From: an uncultured Acidobacteriota bacterium
Lineage (GTDB): Bacteria > Acidobacteriota > Thermoanaerobaculia > Multivoradales > SZUA-115
NCBI GenBank assembly: GCA_963805975.1
Contig: CAWDVR010000003.1
Location: 64,001-128,000 of the forward strand
Direction: 5' to 3'
Length of the DNA: 64,000 nucleotides
Below are positions 42,192 to 51,370 of the stretch, piece after piece (position 1 is the stretch's first letter; every line of letters starts with the position of its first letter). The position numbers and the translations under genes were made by a program. Under the pieces are notes generated by a model. That model was not told where the DNA came from and ran no database searches. It was given only the letters and a program-made list of their open reading frames with translations.

Positions 42192-44265
42192 TCGCCACGA
42201 AGGTCACGTCGTCGTCCGGCAGGGCGCCCGCCTTGCGCTCGCTGACGGCGTGGGCGAGGTCGGCGATGAGCTCGGCCGGCTGCTTGGCTGCCGAGGCGGC
42301 GAAGATCGCCTGCGCCCGGCCGTAGCCGAGCGGCTCGCCGGCGGCGTCCCTGAGCTCCGGAAAGCCGTCGCTCATCAGCAACACGGTGTCGCCGGGGAAG
42401 AGCTCGGTCGTCACCTCGCAGTAGGCGCAGTCGGCGAGCGAGCCCAGGGGCAGGCCGGGAGCGGCGAGCTCCTCGACCGCGCCGGTCCCGGCCCGGTGGA
42501 CCAGCGCCGGCGGCATGCCGGCCGCGGCCAGGGTGAGCCGGCGGCCGTCGATCCTGGCGACCGTCAGGGCCATGGCCATGCGGCCGAGATCCATGCACTT
42601 GATCGCCCGGTTGGCCTCGGCGAGGAAGCTCGCGAGCGGCGTGCCGGCGGCGCGCGCCATGAACAGGCTCTTGGCCGCCGTCACCAGGGTGCCGGCGCGG
42701 GCGCCGTGGCCCGTCGCGTCGCCCACGGCGAGGGTGAAGGCGCCGTCCTCTCCCAACCGGAAGTCGTAGTAGTCGCCCCCCACCTCGGTCGCGGTGCGCA
42801 TGAAGACGGCGAGGTCCAGCCGCGGGTGCGCCGGGAGCTTCTTGGGCAGCAGCGAGAGCTGGAAGCGGCGCGCCTCCTCGAGCTCCGAGGTCTTGCGCTC
42901 GTTCTCGGTGGCGAGCAGCAGACGCTCGATCTCCCGCTCCTGGGCCAGCCGCTCCTGCTCGATCAACTGCCGCTGGTTCTCGGCCAGGTCGGCGGCCATG
43001 CGGTTGAAGGTGGAGGCGAGCTGGCCGACCTCGTCCCGGGTGCGGACCGGCACGCGCGCCTCGAGGTTGCCGGCGGCGAGGGCGCGGGCGCCGTCGGCCA
43101 AGTCCCTCAGCTCCCGGGTGATGCGCCGCGAGAGCGGCGCGATCCCCACCAGCGCGAAGCCGATCAGGCCCAGCCCGAGGATGAAGTTGCGGGCCGCGGT
43201 GCGCCGCAGCTCGACCAGCGACTTCTCGAGCGGGCTGGCGATGCCGAAGACCAGGCCGGACTCGGAGTCCTTGACCCTGGCGAGCACCCAATCGCCGGGC
43301 TCGCGCTCCTCCTCGCCGCCGCCCGCGGCGAGCGGCAGGGTCTTCAGGATCGCGGCGTCCTCGGGATCGGCGGTGTAGACGGCGCCGTCGCTGTCGAGCG
43401 CGAAGGGGATCTCACCGCGGTCGCGGCGGGAGAGGGCGAGCACTCCCTGCAAGAGCTGCTTGGCGCTCACCCGCGCCTCGAACGAGCCGATCTTCTTGCC
43501 GTGCTGCTCCACGGGGCAGTCGAAGTCGCGGCCCAGGAGCTTCTTGGTCTCCTCGGCCTTGGCGTCGAGCGCACGCCGGGCCTCCGGAGCCAGGCGGCTC
43601 GCGGACTCCATCCAGGGGAGGGCCAGGGCGACGCCCAGGGTCATGGCGGCCGGCGGAGCCTCCGGGGCAGGCGGGACCGCGGCGACGGCGGCACGCCGCG
43701 CGTCGCCAGCCCTCTCCCTGGCCAGGTGAACGGCCTCGCTGGTGTGCGCGGCGATGAGCTCCTGAAGCGCCGAGAGCTCGGCTTGGCGGCTCTCCGCCTC
43801 CTGACGGCGCCCCGCCGCTGCCAGGGAGTCCAGCCGGATCACTATGGGGCCGAGGGTCTTCGCCAGTGCCTCCGGCGCGGCGGCCGGGGCCGGCCGGACA
43901 GCAGGGCGCGGGGCCACGGGCGCCTCCGGCACCTGGGGAACGAACTCGATGGCCTCCACGAAAGGCGCTACCTCCCCGATGGCGACCTCCACCTGGCGCA
44001 GCAGGGCGGAGCGCTCCTCGCCCTCGACGCCCCCTTCCGCCAGCGCGCCGAGCGGCAGGCGCCCGAGCTGGCGCACCCGGCGGGCGAGATCGTTCTTCAC
44101 CAGGCTCATGCGCTGGCCCATCTCGTCGGCGAGCGCCGTCGACTCCTCGAACGCCACCCGGCGCGCGGCCGCGGTCGAGCTGACGTAGGAGTAGACGACC
44201 AGCGCCGACAGCGGCGCCACCGACAGCAGCAGAAAGGCCAGGATCAGCTTGGTTCGCAGGCTCAT
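42172..44265 (-). CDS. Membrane PP2C/SpoIIE (RsbU-like) phosphatase with HAMP domain
   Basis: Two TMs, DEVGQLASTFNRM, EVGGDYYD, GDATGHG, SDGFPE, DDVT. Confidence 0.92.
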   Translation of the reverse strand: MSLRTKLILAFLLLSVAPLSALVVYSYVSSTAAARRVAFEESTALADEMGQRMSLVKNDLARRVRQLGRLPLGALAEGGVEGEERSALLRQVEVAIGEVAPFVEAIEFVPQVPEAPVAPRPAVRPAPAAAPEALAKTLGPIVIRLDSLAAAGRRQEAESRQAELSALQELIAAHTSEAVHLARERAGDARRAAVAAVPPAPEAPPAAMTLGVALALPWMESASRLAPEARRALDAKAEETKKLLGRDFDCPVEQHGKKIGSFEARVSAKQLLQGVLALSRRDRGEIPFALDSDGAVYTADPEDAAILKTLPLAAGGGEEEREPGDWVLARVKDSESGLVFGIASPLEKSLVELRRTAARNFILGLGLIGFALVGIAPLSRRITRELRDLADGARALAAGNLEARVPVRTRDEVGQLASTFNRMAADLAENQRQLIEQERLAQEREIERLLLATENERKTSELEEARRFQLSLLPKKLPAHPRLDLAVFMRTATEVGGDYYDFRLGEDGAFTLAVGDATGHGARAGTLVTAAKSLFMARAAGTPLASFLAEANRAIKCMDLGRMAMALTVARIDGRRLTLAAAGMPPALVHRAGTGAVEELAAPGLPLGSLADCAYCEVTTELFPGDTVLLMSDGFPELRDAAGEPLGYGRAQAIFAASAAKQPAELIADLAHAVSERKAGALPDDDVTFVAIKVRAV

Positions 44266-44315
44266 GGTGACGAGAGGGGAGGGCCCGGCAAGGAGCCGGA
44301 GCCCAGGCCCTAGGA

Positions 44316-44341
44316 TACGGCGAGAGCCGGCGCAGGTTGCA
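44316..44341 (-). promoter_or_regulatory. ECF sigma-type promoter
   Basis: Minus strand TGCAAC-N16-CGTA, 50 bp upstream of the phosphatase ATG. Confidence 0.6.
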
Positions 44342-44359
44342 GAGCGGGCCGCGCCGACC

Positions 44360-45127
44360 CTAGCTTCGGAGCTTGAAGTTGACCGTCAGGGTGTAGAACA
44401 CGCGGACGGGCCTGCCCTGGTAGGTCGAGGGCTTGAAGCGCCAGCGCTTGAAGGCCTGGAGACTGGCGAGGACCATGGTCAGCTCGCCCTTGGACTCCAG
44501 GATGACCGGGCTCTCGACACTTCCGTCGGTGTCGACGATCGCCTGCACGAGCACCGAGACCTCGGTCTCCTGCTGGCGCTTGGCCTCCGGGAACTTGGGC
44601 AGCGGCGTCTTGAGCTTCTCGGGCGCGGTCACTGCTCCTGGATCGACGCCGGAACGGTCGAGGACGTCTGCCGAGGGCTCCTCGAACGTGTGCGGCGGGC
44701 TGGCGGTCAGGGGCTTCGTCACGTCGCCAAACTTGGCAAGGTCGAAGCGGGCGGCGTCGGGGAAGAGCTGCTGCGCGGTTTGCCAGTCCCACAGCGCAGC
44801 GCGAAGGTCTCCCACGCCCGCCTCGGCCACCGCGAGGTAGGTCAGCACGCTGGCGAGCGCGGCCCCCACGTCCTCGCCGGAGACGATGGACTGCGTCATG
44901 TCGTCGAGCAACCTCTCGGCCCGGCGCCGTGCCTTCTCCCACTCACCGCGGCCCAGGTTCTCGTCGATGTCACGGGCCCTCTCGGCCCAGAGCCTGGCGT
45001 AGGAATTGGTGGCCGTCGGTGCCGCAGCCAGCGCAGGGGCCGCGAGGAGCGCAAGGAGACCGAGCACGGCCACCGGCTTGCGGCGGCTCTGCGGGCGGCG
45101 TTCAGCCCCGGGTCCTCTGCCGGTCAC
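44360..45127 (-). CDS. TonB C-terminal domain protein with helical N-domain
   Basis: PKFPEAKR...IVDTDGSV...AFKRWRFKPSTYQGRPV...TVNF; signal peptide. Confidence 0.85.
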   Translation of the reverse strand: MTGRGPGAERRPQSRRKPVAVLGLLALLAAPALAAAPTATNSYARLWAERARDIDENLGRGEWEKARRRAERLLDDMTQSIVSGEDVGAALASVLTYLAVAEAGVGDLRAALWDWQTAQQLFPDAARFDLAKFGDVTKPLTASPPHTFEEPSADVLDRSGVDPGAVTAPEKLKTPLPKFPEAKRQQETEVSVLVQAIVDTDGSVESPVILESKGELTMVLASLQAFKRWRFKPSTYQGRPVRVFYTLTVNFKLRS

Positions 45128-45128
45128 C

Positions 45129-46874
45129 TCAGTACCTCCAGCTCTTGAGGTCCGCTCCCGGCGGGGCGGACTCCTCGATGCGCTTCAGGATCTTCGGCAG
45201 GTACATCGTGTTGTAGCGCAGCCGGGAGAGGTAGTTGGGGTTCTCGTGGTCGCCGTTCCAGCAGTGCTCGGCGCGGTCGCCGTAGTCGACCTCGCCGCCG
45301 TAGTACGGCTCGGTAGTCTTCTCCAGGAAGTCTTCCATCAGGTAGACGGCGTTGTTCAGGTAGTAGTTGTCCATGTCGCCGCAGTAGATGTGGATCTTGC
45401 CCTCGACCTTGGGCCCGAGCTTCGCCCAGTCGCGCTCCAGGATGTGGCGGAGGTCGTAGTTCTCCCGCCAGTACGCGGCCACCGTGGGGTCGATGGCGCC
45501 GCTGCGCTTGTCCCAGATGCGTTTCGGGTAGCCGTCCGAACCGACCGGCGAGTACACGGCTTCCCAGATGTCGAACTGGTCGCCCGAGCGGCTCTTCTCG
45601 CCCAGCACCAGCTCCAGGTGGTTGTAGTCCTCGAGCGTCGCGTCCACTTGGCCGAGATAGTTGCGGTGGCCGGGTCGCTTCACGGTGTTGAAGTCGCCCC
45701 GCCGGTAGTAGGCGTTGTCGTCCCGGTAGAGATCGACCACCGTATAGGCGCGGAAGTCGATGGGGTCCGGGCAGGCGGCGAAGCAGCCGTTGTACATCTC
45801 GGGGTAGAAGACCTGCGTCGCGAGCGCCTCCCAGCCGCCCGTCGAGCCGCCATAGGTGAAGCGCGCCCAACCTTCGCCCAGGCCGCGGAACCGGCGCTCG
45901 ATCTCCGGGATCAGCTCGTGGTTGATGGCGTCGCCGTAGGGGCCGAGGTTGGCCGAGTTCACGGCGTAGGAGTCGTCGTAGTAGGGGTTGGCGTGCTGGA
46001 TCTCGACGATCAACAGGCGCGGGAAGCCGGGGCCCGTCCACTTCTTGTAAAAGTCATGGGCCTCCTGCTGCTGGATGCGGTTGTAGCCGCTGATGCCGAA
46101 GCGCGCGTTTTGGTCCGGCTCGAGGTTGGGGTCGGGCGGTTCAACGCGGAAGCCGCCGAAATCCTCCGGGAAGTGGCCGTGGAAGACCACCAGCGGGTAG
46201 CGCGCCTCCGGGTGCTCGTCGAAGCCTTCCGGCAGCAGCACGTGCGCGCCGAGGTGCATGGGCCGGCCCCAGAATGCGGAGAGCAGCTTGCTCTCCAGCT
46301 TGATGTGGCGCACGTACTTCGTGTCCTTGGGCTGCTCGATCGGTGGGATCGCCGATTCGAGCTTCAGGGCCACCGTGCCGCCTCGCGCCGGATCGATCTT
46401 CACCGGCAAGGGCTTGGACAAGAGGTTTCCCGGAGCCAGATTCCAGTGCTGGCCCTCGCCGCGGTCCATGGGGAGCTTCACCACGTGGCCGTCCGCGCGG
46501 TGGAAGGTCTCATAGCGGTGGAGAACCGCCTGCACCACGTAGTCCCCGGCCGCCAGGCTCCCGAGGCTCGCCACCGGAGAGCCGAAGACCGTCTCGTCGA
46601 CGATCGCTGCTTTCTCCGCCTTCCAGCCGTCGACGTCGATCCCCAGCACCTGGATCGCCCCGACCCCCGCCGTCACCTGGAAGCGCGGCTCGGGCTCGGC
46701 CTCCCTGGTGATCAGCACCAGCAGCCGCCCGTCGAGCGGCGCCGATGAAAGGGCGGGATCGTAGGTGACGGCGAAGCGCAGGCTGTCGTCGGCCGCGGCG
46801 ACGGGCATTACGGCGGCGAGGAGCAGAGCAAGAAATGGAAGCGAGGATGGAGAGAAGCATGGAACACGAGACAT
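45129..46874 (-). CDS. Exported alpha/beta hydrolase (putative esterase)
   Basis: Signal peptide, SKLLSAFWGRPM, NSANLGPYGDA, GGSTGGW elbow. Confidence 0.82.
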   Translation of the reverse strand: MSRVPCFSPSSLPFLALLLAAVMPVAAADDSLRFAVTYDPALSSAPLDGRLLVLITREAEPEPRFQVTAGVGAIQVLGIDVDGWKAEKAAIVDETVFGSPVASLGSLAAGDYVVQAVLHRYETFHRADGHVVKLPMDRGEGQHWNLAPGNLLSKPLPVKIDPARGGTVALKLESAIPPIEQPKDTKYVRHIKLESKLLSAFWGRPMHLGAHVLLPEGFDEHPEARYPLVVFHGHFPEDFGGFRVEPPDPNLEPDQNARFGISGYNRIQQQEAHDFYKKWTGPGFPRLLIVEIQHANPYYDDSYAVNSANLGPYGDAINHELIPEIERRFRGLGEGWARFTYGGSTGGWEALATQVFYPEMYNGCFAACPDPIDFRAYTVVDLYRDDNAYYRRGDFNTVKRPGHRNYLGQVDATLEDYNHLELVLGEKSRSGDQFDIWEAVYSPVGSDGYPKRIWDKRSGAIDPTVAAYWRENYDLRHILERDWAKLGPKVEGKIHIYCGDMDNYYLNNAVYLMEDFLEKTTEPYYGGEVDYGDRAEHCWNGDHENPNYLSRLRYNTMYLPKILKRIEESAPPGADLKSWRY

Positions 46875-46928
46875 GACGGTCTCCTGGGCACTGCAGTCTC
46901 GGCTACGTTGAGGAACGGTCGCAATGAA

Positions 46929-47327
46929 TCAACCCAGAAGCGTGAACCCCGGCTGGCCAGCCAACTCGCGATCAAACGTGAAGGTGGTCCGCGCTTCCTG
47001 TGTCTGGGCAGTGATGCCGATCAGGTAGTCAGCAAAGCTGGCCCTGCCATCCTCAAAATGGTTCAGAGCCCGACCGATGGCAGGCCGATCCTCGAAAGCA
47101 AAGACTGGGTCTTCCAAGAACCCTTGGATCGCGGCCGAGATGTCTTTGCGCTTGGCACGGTAGGTTTTGGTCAAGACCCATTCGATCTCGCACAGGACCG
47201 GATCGCTGATCAGACAGGACTCGCCCTGTTCCCGTGCGTCCTGGAGCAGGCGATCGGCGACCTCCTTTTGGCGGAGGTCATCATGGACAAGGAGGCGCAG
47301 CAGGACGTTGGTATCGACTGCGATCAT
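46929..47327 (-). CDS. vapC: VapC PIN-domain toxin
   Basis: IAVDTNVLLR, LCEIEWVL, FADYLI, TFD. Confidence 0.92.
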   Translation of the reverse strand: MIAVDTNVLLRLLVHDDLRQKEVADRLLQDAREQGESCLISDPVLCEIEWVLTKTYRAKRKDISAAIQGFLEDPVFAFEDRPAIGRALNHFEDGRASFADYLIGITAQTQEARTTFTFDRELAGQPGFTLLG

Positions 47328-47623
47328 CAAACGTCCCTATCAGGGTCGAAGCTCCCTTTGGTTCGGATCGCATCGGCCTTGCGGGACAAGTATTCGGCGA
47401 TACCTTTGTCCATCTCCTCGATGGTCACGGCTTTCGTGGGAGCCAGATGCCTGAGCAGGCCGGAGATCCGCGGACCGGCGCTCTTTGCCAACGGCTCGAG
47501 GAACAGGCGTCCCTGCTCGTCGAAGCGAAAAGTGAGGCGGTCGCCCTGCGAGACGCCAAGCCGTTCCCGGACTTCCCTGGGGACGGTGAGCTGGCCTTTC
47601 GAAGTTAGGGTGCTGGCAGGCAT
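47327..47623 (-). CDS. AbrB/MazE/SpoVT-type antitoxin
   Basis: STLTSKGQLTVPREVRERLGVSQGD. Confidence 0.92.
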   Translation of the reverse strand: MPASTLTSKGQLTVPREVRERLGVSQGDRLTFRFDEQGRLFLEPLAKSAGPRISGLLRHLAPTKAVTIEEMDKGIAEYLSRKADAIRTKGSFDPDRDV

Positions 47624-47627
47624 GATA

Positions 47628-47670
47628 CCTCCTTACGAAAGGCGAGGTTATCGCTCTCCTCGTAAGGAGG
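47628..47670. promoter_or_regulatory. 11-bp inverted repeat covering the antitoxin Shine-Dalgarno
   Basis: cctccttacga (47628-47638) and tcgtaaggagg (47660-47670). Confidence 0.65.
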
Positions 47671-47705
47671 CAAGGAGGGGCGCGGAGCCCTGCCGAATGA
47701 AGCGC

Positions 47706-47984
47706 TCAGCCGCCCCGATCGCCGCGGCGCTGCGGCTGGTTGGTGGGCACGTGACCGTGGGTGGCGCCGGGGTGGACGCCGCCACCGGTGCCCTCGGGCC
47801 GCTGCCCATGCTGGGCCTCGCCGGTCAGCTCGATCGCTCCGGCCGCGATCAGCTCCTGGACCGCGGGGTGGTCGACGGCGTTCTGTGTGATCTGCCCGCT
47901 CTTGTTGGGCCCGAGAAAGAGGGCCTTGCCCAGCGGCAGAGGCACGCGGACCGGTTTGTGGCTGGTGTTGCGGATCGTCGCCAT
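47706..47984 (-). CDS. Small hypothetical protein (92 aa)
   Basis: AGGAG RBS, GC3-biased codons, follows the TPR gene by 12 nt. Confidence 0.75.
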   Translation of the reverse strand: MATIRNTSHKPVRVPLPLGKALFLGPNKSGQITQNAVDHPAVQELIAAGAIELTGEAQHGQRPEGTGGGVHPGATHGHVPTNQPQRRGDRGG

Positions 47985-47996
47985 GGATAGTGTCTC

Positions 47997-49607
47997 CTAC
48001 GAGCCTTCCTGCAGACGTTTCAGGTTCTGGGCGGCGAGCGCGTCCTGAGGGTTGATCTGGAGCACGCGCTCGAGGAGCTTCTTCGCCTCGGCAAGCTCCT
48101 TCCGGTTCATGAGCAGCACGGCGAGGTCGTTCATGGCCGCCGGATGGTCCGGCGCCAGCACCAGCGCCTGGCGCAGGTCCTGCTCGCCACCGGCCGTGTC
48201 GCCGCGGCCCATGCGCAGGGCCCCACGCTGGTAGATGGCGTCGGCGTTGCCGGGGAACTGGGACACCAGGCCCTCGGCCATGGAGAGTGCCTCGTCATTG
48301 CGATTGAGCGAGAGCAGAACGCGCACCGCGACAAAGCGCGGGCGGGGGTCGGCGGGCACGCGCAGGGCCTCGTTGCGGGCGAGCTCGAGTGCCCGCTCCG
48401 GCTCGCCGGCGTTCAGGGCCTCCATCAGCGGCCCGAGGTTGGCACCGCCAGGGGTAGCCGCCTGCGAGGCTGCGAGCGCCTTCTCCTGCGCTTCGACGAG
48501 CTGTTTCGCCCGCGTCCTGGCGAGGTCGGCCTTCTGGGTCTCGCCGAGACTGGTCTGCGCCTCGGCCAGGGTCTGCCAGGCCTGGAGGCTCGCCGGGTTC
48601 AAGGCCACGGCGCGCTCGAGCGCCGTAGCCCCTTCACGGGAGCGGCCGGAGGCCACCAGAGTGCGGCCGTAGTCGAGCAGGATGGCGCTGGCGAAGGGGG
48701 ACGCACGGTTCGGGTTGGGGGAGCCGAGAACCTCCTCGGCGAACGGCTTGAGCACCGTGGCCGCTTCTCCCAGCCGGCCGGCCAGGCGCAGCGCGCGAGC
48801 GAGGAGCAGCGAGAGCTGCGGGTCCTGCCCCACCTTGCCGGTGAGCAGCTTGATGGCGGAGCCGGGGTCGTTGCCGGCCAGGTAGGCCTCGGCCGCCAGC
48901 CCTCGCGCATCGCTCGACAGGCCGCCCTCGTCCTTCTCGAGCAGGGGCTTCAGGAGCTCGAGCGCCGCCGCGCGGTCACCCTGGGCGTAGACCAGCTCGG
49001 CCTTCAGCAGCCGCGTGGCCGCGGCGCCCTCGGGCAGGCCGGCGATCAACCGTTCCGCCGCCGCAGTGCGGCCCATGAGCAGCGCGGCCTGCGTCGCGGC
49101 GAAGCGGGCCTCGGTGTCCTGCGGCTGCGACTCGACCCACGGGCCGAGGTACGCCAGGACGTCGCCGAGGCGGCCCTGGCGCTGGCGCAGGAGGCCGAGC
49201 TCGCGTGCCGCCGGCGACAGCGGCGCGAGCGCCGCCGAACGCTCGAGCAGGGGCTCCGCCTTGGCCTGCTGGCCGGCAGTCGCGGCGGCGCGGGCGGTGT
49301 GGAAGAGCACCGCGGGGTCCGGGTTGGGCGCCGCCGCCAGGGGCTCGAGCACCGCGAGCGCCTTCACGGCATCACCGCTCTCGAGGTAGAGGATGCCGAG
49401 CAGAGCGAGCGCCGGCCCGGGTGCCTGGGGATCGCGGCGGAGCGGCTCGAGCAGAGCGATCGCCGCCTGGGGCCGGCCGGCCTCGGTCTCTGCGAGCGCG
49501 CGGTCGAGGATCGTGGTGGGTTCCGAGGTGGGCGCCTGAGCGGCGGCGGGCACCCACGAGGCGGCGGACGAGAGCGTGGCGAGGAGGAAGACGAGAAGTC
49601 GGCTCAT
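47997..49607 (-). CDS. Exported TPR protein
   Basis: Signal peptide; many TPRs (AMNDLAVLL, ERVLQINP). Confidence 0.88.
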   Translation of the reverse strand: MSRLLVFLLATLSSAASWVPAAAQAPTSEPTTILDRALAETEAGRPQAAIALLEPLRRDPQAPGPALALLGILYLESGDAVKALAVLEPLAAAPNPDPAVLFHTARAAATAGQQAKAEPLLERSAALAPLSPAARELGLLRQRQGRLGDVLAYLGPWVESQPQDTEARFAATQAALLMGRTAAAERLIAGLPEGAAATRLLKAELVYAQGDRAAALELLKPLLEKDEGGLSSDARGLAAEAYLAGNDPGSAIKLLTGKVGQDPQLSLLLARALRLAGRLGEAATVLKPFAEEVLGSPNPNRASPFASAILLDYGRTLVASGRSREGATALERAVALNPASLQAWQTLAEAQTSLGETQKADLARTRAKQLVEAQEKALAASQAATPGGANLGPLMEALNAGEPERALELARNEALRVPADPRPRFVAVRVLLSLNRNDEALSMAEGLVSQFPGNADAIYQRGALRMGRGDTAGGEQDLRQALVLAPDHPAAMNDLAVLLMNRKELAEAKKLLERVLQINPQDALAAQNLKRLQEGS

Positions 49608-49699
49608 CGCACGATTGTAGCCAGTTTGACGGCGGGGGGCCCGCAGGTGGGCCTCGGTTCGCCAAGACCTGGCGGCGCGGTCGATATACTGCCGGCACG

Positions 49700-51370
49700 A
49701 TGGCGGCCTCCTGCTCTCTTGCCGGCCTGTCCTCGACGGCGGTCCTCGCTTGGACCCTGCTGGCGGCGACTCCCGGCTCGGCCGCGATCCGCTTTCGGGA
49801 AGCGTCCGAGCCCTGGGGCCTGCGCTTCCGTCATCACAACGGCAGCTCCGGGAAGCTCTTCCTGATGGAGACCTTCGGCTCCGGCGTGGTGCTCTTCGAC
49901 TACGACGGGGACGGCGACGACGACGTCCTCTTCGTCGACAGTGGTGCTTTGCCCGGTTATACGGGCGAGCCCGGGCGCACGGTGCTCTACCGTAACGACC
50001 GCGGCGCGGACGGCAGCCCCCGCTTCGTGGACGTGACGGCGCAGGCCGGGGTGGTGCTGCCCAGCTACGGCATGGGAGCGGTCGCCGGGGACGTGGACAG
50101 CGACGGGGATCTCGACCTCTTCCTCACCGCCTACGGCCCCAATGCCTTGCTGCGCAACGAGGGCGATGGGACGTTCCGGGACGTGACCGTCGCCGCCGGG
50201 GTGGGCGCTTCGTCCTGGAGCACCTCCGCCGCGTTCGCCGACGTGGATGGTGACGGGGACCTCGATCTCTATGTCGCGAGCTATGTGCAGTTCTCGCTCG
50301 AGACGTTCCCGGTCTGCGGCGAGACGGAGAGCGGGCTGCGTTCCTACTGCCATCCGGCAATCTTCCCCGGCCTTCCCGACCGCTTCTACCGCAACCGCGG
50401 CGACGGCACTTTCGAGGACCGGACGACGGCCGCGGGCTTCCCGGCCGACGAGGGCAAGGGGCTGGGCGTGGTCTTCGGCGACCTCGACCGCGACGGCTGG
50501 CAGGATTTCTACGTCGCCAACGACACGACGCCCAACTTTCTCTACCACAACCGCGGCGACGGCACCTTCGAGGACATGGCTTTCCTCGGCGGCACGGCGA
50601 TCAACACCGAGGGCAAGGCCGAGGCGGGGATGGGGGTCGACGTTCACGACCTCGACGGCGACGGGCTGTCGGAGATCGTGGTCACCAACTTCGACATGGA
50701 AACCAACTCGCTGTGGGGAAACCTCGGGGACAATCTGTTCACCGACCGCCGCTTCCTCGCCCGGATCGCCGGGCCGTCGCTCTACAAGGTGGGGTTCGGG
50801 GTGGCCTTCGCCGACCTCGACCTCGACGCGGATGCCGATCTCGCGATCGCCAACGGCCATATCCTGCCCAACATCGAGCAGTTCCCGGACAAGAAGGGCA
50901 ACACCTACCGGCAGGCTAACCAGGTCCTGGAGAACGAGGGAGACGGCCGCTTCCGCGAGGAAAAGGAAGCGGGCTTGACGGTGATCCGGTCGAGCCGCGG
51001 TCTCGCCGTGGGAGATCTCGACGGGGATGGGGACGGGGACCTCGTGATCACCAACTCGGACGAGCCGGCCGAGGTCTACGACAACATCTCGTCGCCCACC
51101 GGCCGCTGGCTCGCCGTGGCCCTCGCCGCCCCGAGCGGCAACCGCTTCGGGATCGGCGCCGCGCTGGAGCTCGACCTCGGGGCGAAGAAGCAGTTCGGAG
51201 AGGTACGGACCTCGTCGTCCTACCTTTCCCAGAACGAGCTCGCCGTGCGCTTCGGGCTCGGTGCTGCGGCGCGCGTCGACCTGGAGGTGCGCTGGCCGGA
51301 CGGCCGCAGGCAGCGCCTGCTCGGCCTGCCGCAGAACGCCCGGGTGCAGATCGTGCGGGATCCGCGCTAG
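49700..51370 (+). CDS. CRTAC1/ASPIC-UnbV FG-GAP repeat protein
   Basis: Repeated DxDGDGDLD Ca-binding loops, ETFGSG, SSRGLAVGD, SYLSQ...FGLG, WPDG. Confidence 0.92.
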   Translation: MAASCSLAGLSSTAVLAWTLLAATPGSAAIRFREASEPWGLRFRHHNGSSGKLFLMETFGSGVVLFDYDGDGDDDVLFVDSGALPGYTGEPGRTVLYRNDRGADGSPRFVDVTAQAGVVLPSYGMGAVAGDVDSDGDLDLFLTAYGPNALLRNEGDGTFRDVTVAAGVGASSWSTSAAFADVDGDGDLDLYVASYVQFSLETFPVCGETESGLRSYCHPAIFPGLPDRFYRNRGDGTFEDRTTAAGFPADEGKGLGVVFGDLDRDGWQDFYVANDTTPNFLYHNRGDGTFEDMAFLGGTAINTEGKAEAGMGVDVHDLDGDGLSEIVVTNFDMETNSLWGNLGDNLFTDRRFLARIAGPSLYKVGFGVAFADLDLDADADLAIANGHILPNIEQFPDKKGNTYRQANQVLENEGDGRFREEKEAGLTVIRSSRGLAVGDLDGDGDGDLVITNSDEPAEVYDNISSPTGRWLAVALAAPSGNRFGIGAALELDLGAKKQFGEVRTSSSYLSQNELAVRFGLGAAARVDLEVRWPDGRRQRLLGLPQNARVQIVRDPR

